Below are positions 63,973 through 64,000 of a DNA stretch of 64,000 bases, piece after piece. Each line of letters opens with the position of its first letter. The stretch's first letter is position 1. The notes below the pieces were generated by a model. The model saw nothing but the letters and a program-made list of their open reading frames with translations. It searched no databases and was not told where the DNA came from. The stretch comes from Chiloscyllium plagiosum (taxonomy: Eukaryota): contig NC_057718.1 of the NCBI RefSeq assembly GCF_004010195.1, positions 42,974,395 through 43,038,394 of the forward strand, written 5' to 3'. Both the position numbers and the translations under genes were made by a program.

Positions 63973-64000
63973 GGTGGCAATACTTAATTCCCTCATCTGA

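Overview
Eukaryotic, AT-rich, essentially non-coding DNA. The repeat complement (HE1-type V-SINEs, CR1/HER1 and L2 LINE debris, DeuSINE/SacSINE1-like copies, abundant Penelope-like termini, Harbinger remnants) points to a cartilaginous fish, probably a carpet/bamboo-type shark; this is inferred from recalled repeat consensus sequences, not from a search. I found no intact protein-coding gene. The ORFs I can assign derive from decayed transposons or from a 2.4-kb minisatellite (46-bp unit) at about 36000-38386, and the rest look like chance frames. Best-supported specifics: a solo LTR with a perfect 5-bp TSD, a TA-flanked MITE, six HE1-like SINEs, several fold-back Penelope junctions with hammerhead-ribozyme cores, a decayed Harbinger transposase plus Myb/SANT partners, and a tRNA-Ser(GCT) 5' half fused to a SINE. 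The most unusual observation is that the minisatellite appears to sit inside a non-autonomous retroelement with a compact relative at 6106-6710. Several repeat-free, motif-dense blocks, and CTCF/GC-box/RFX motifs near the right end, suggest a regulatory landscape next to a gene outside the window. I see no convincing novel multi-gene system. Family names come from recognition, and the boundaries of decayed elements are approximate.
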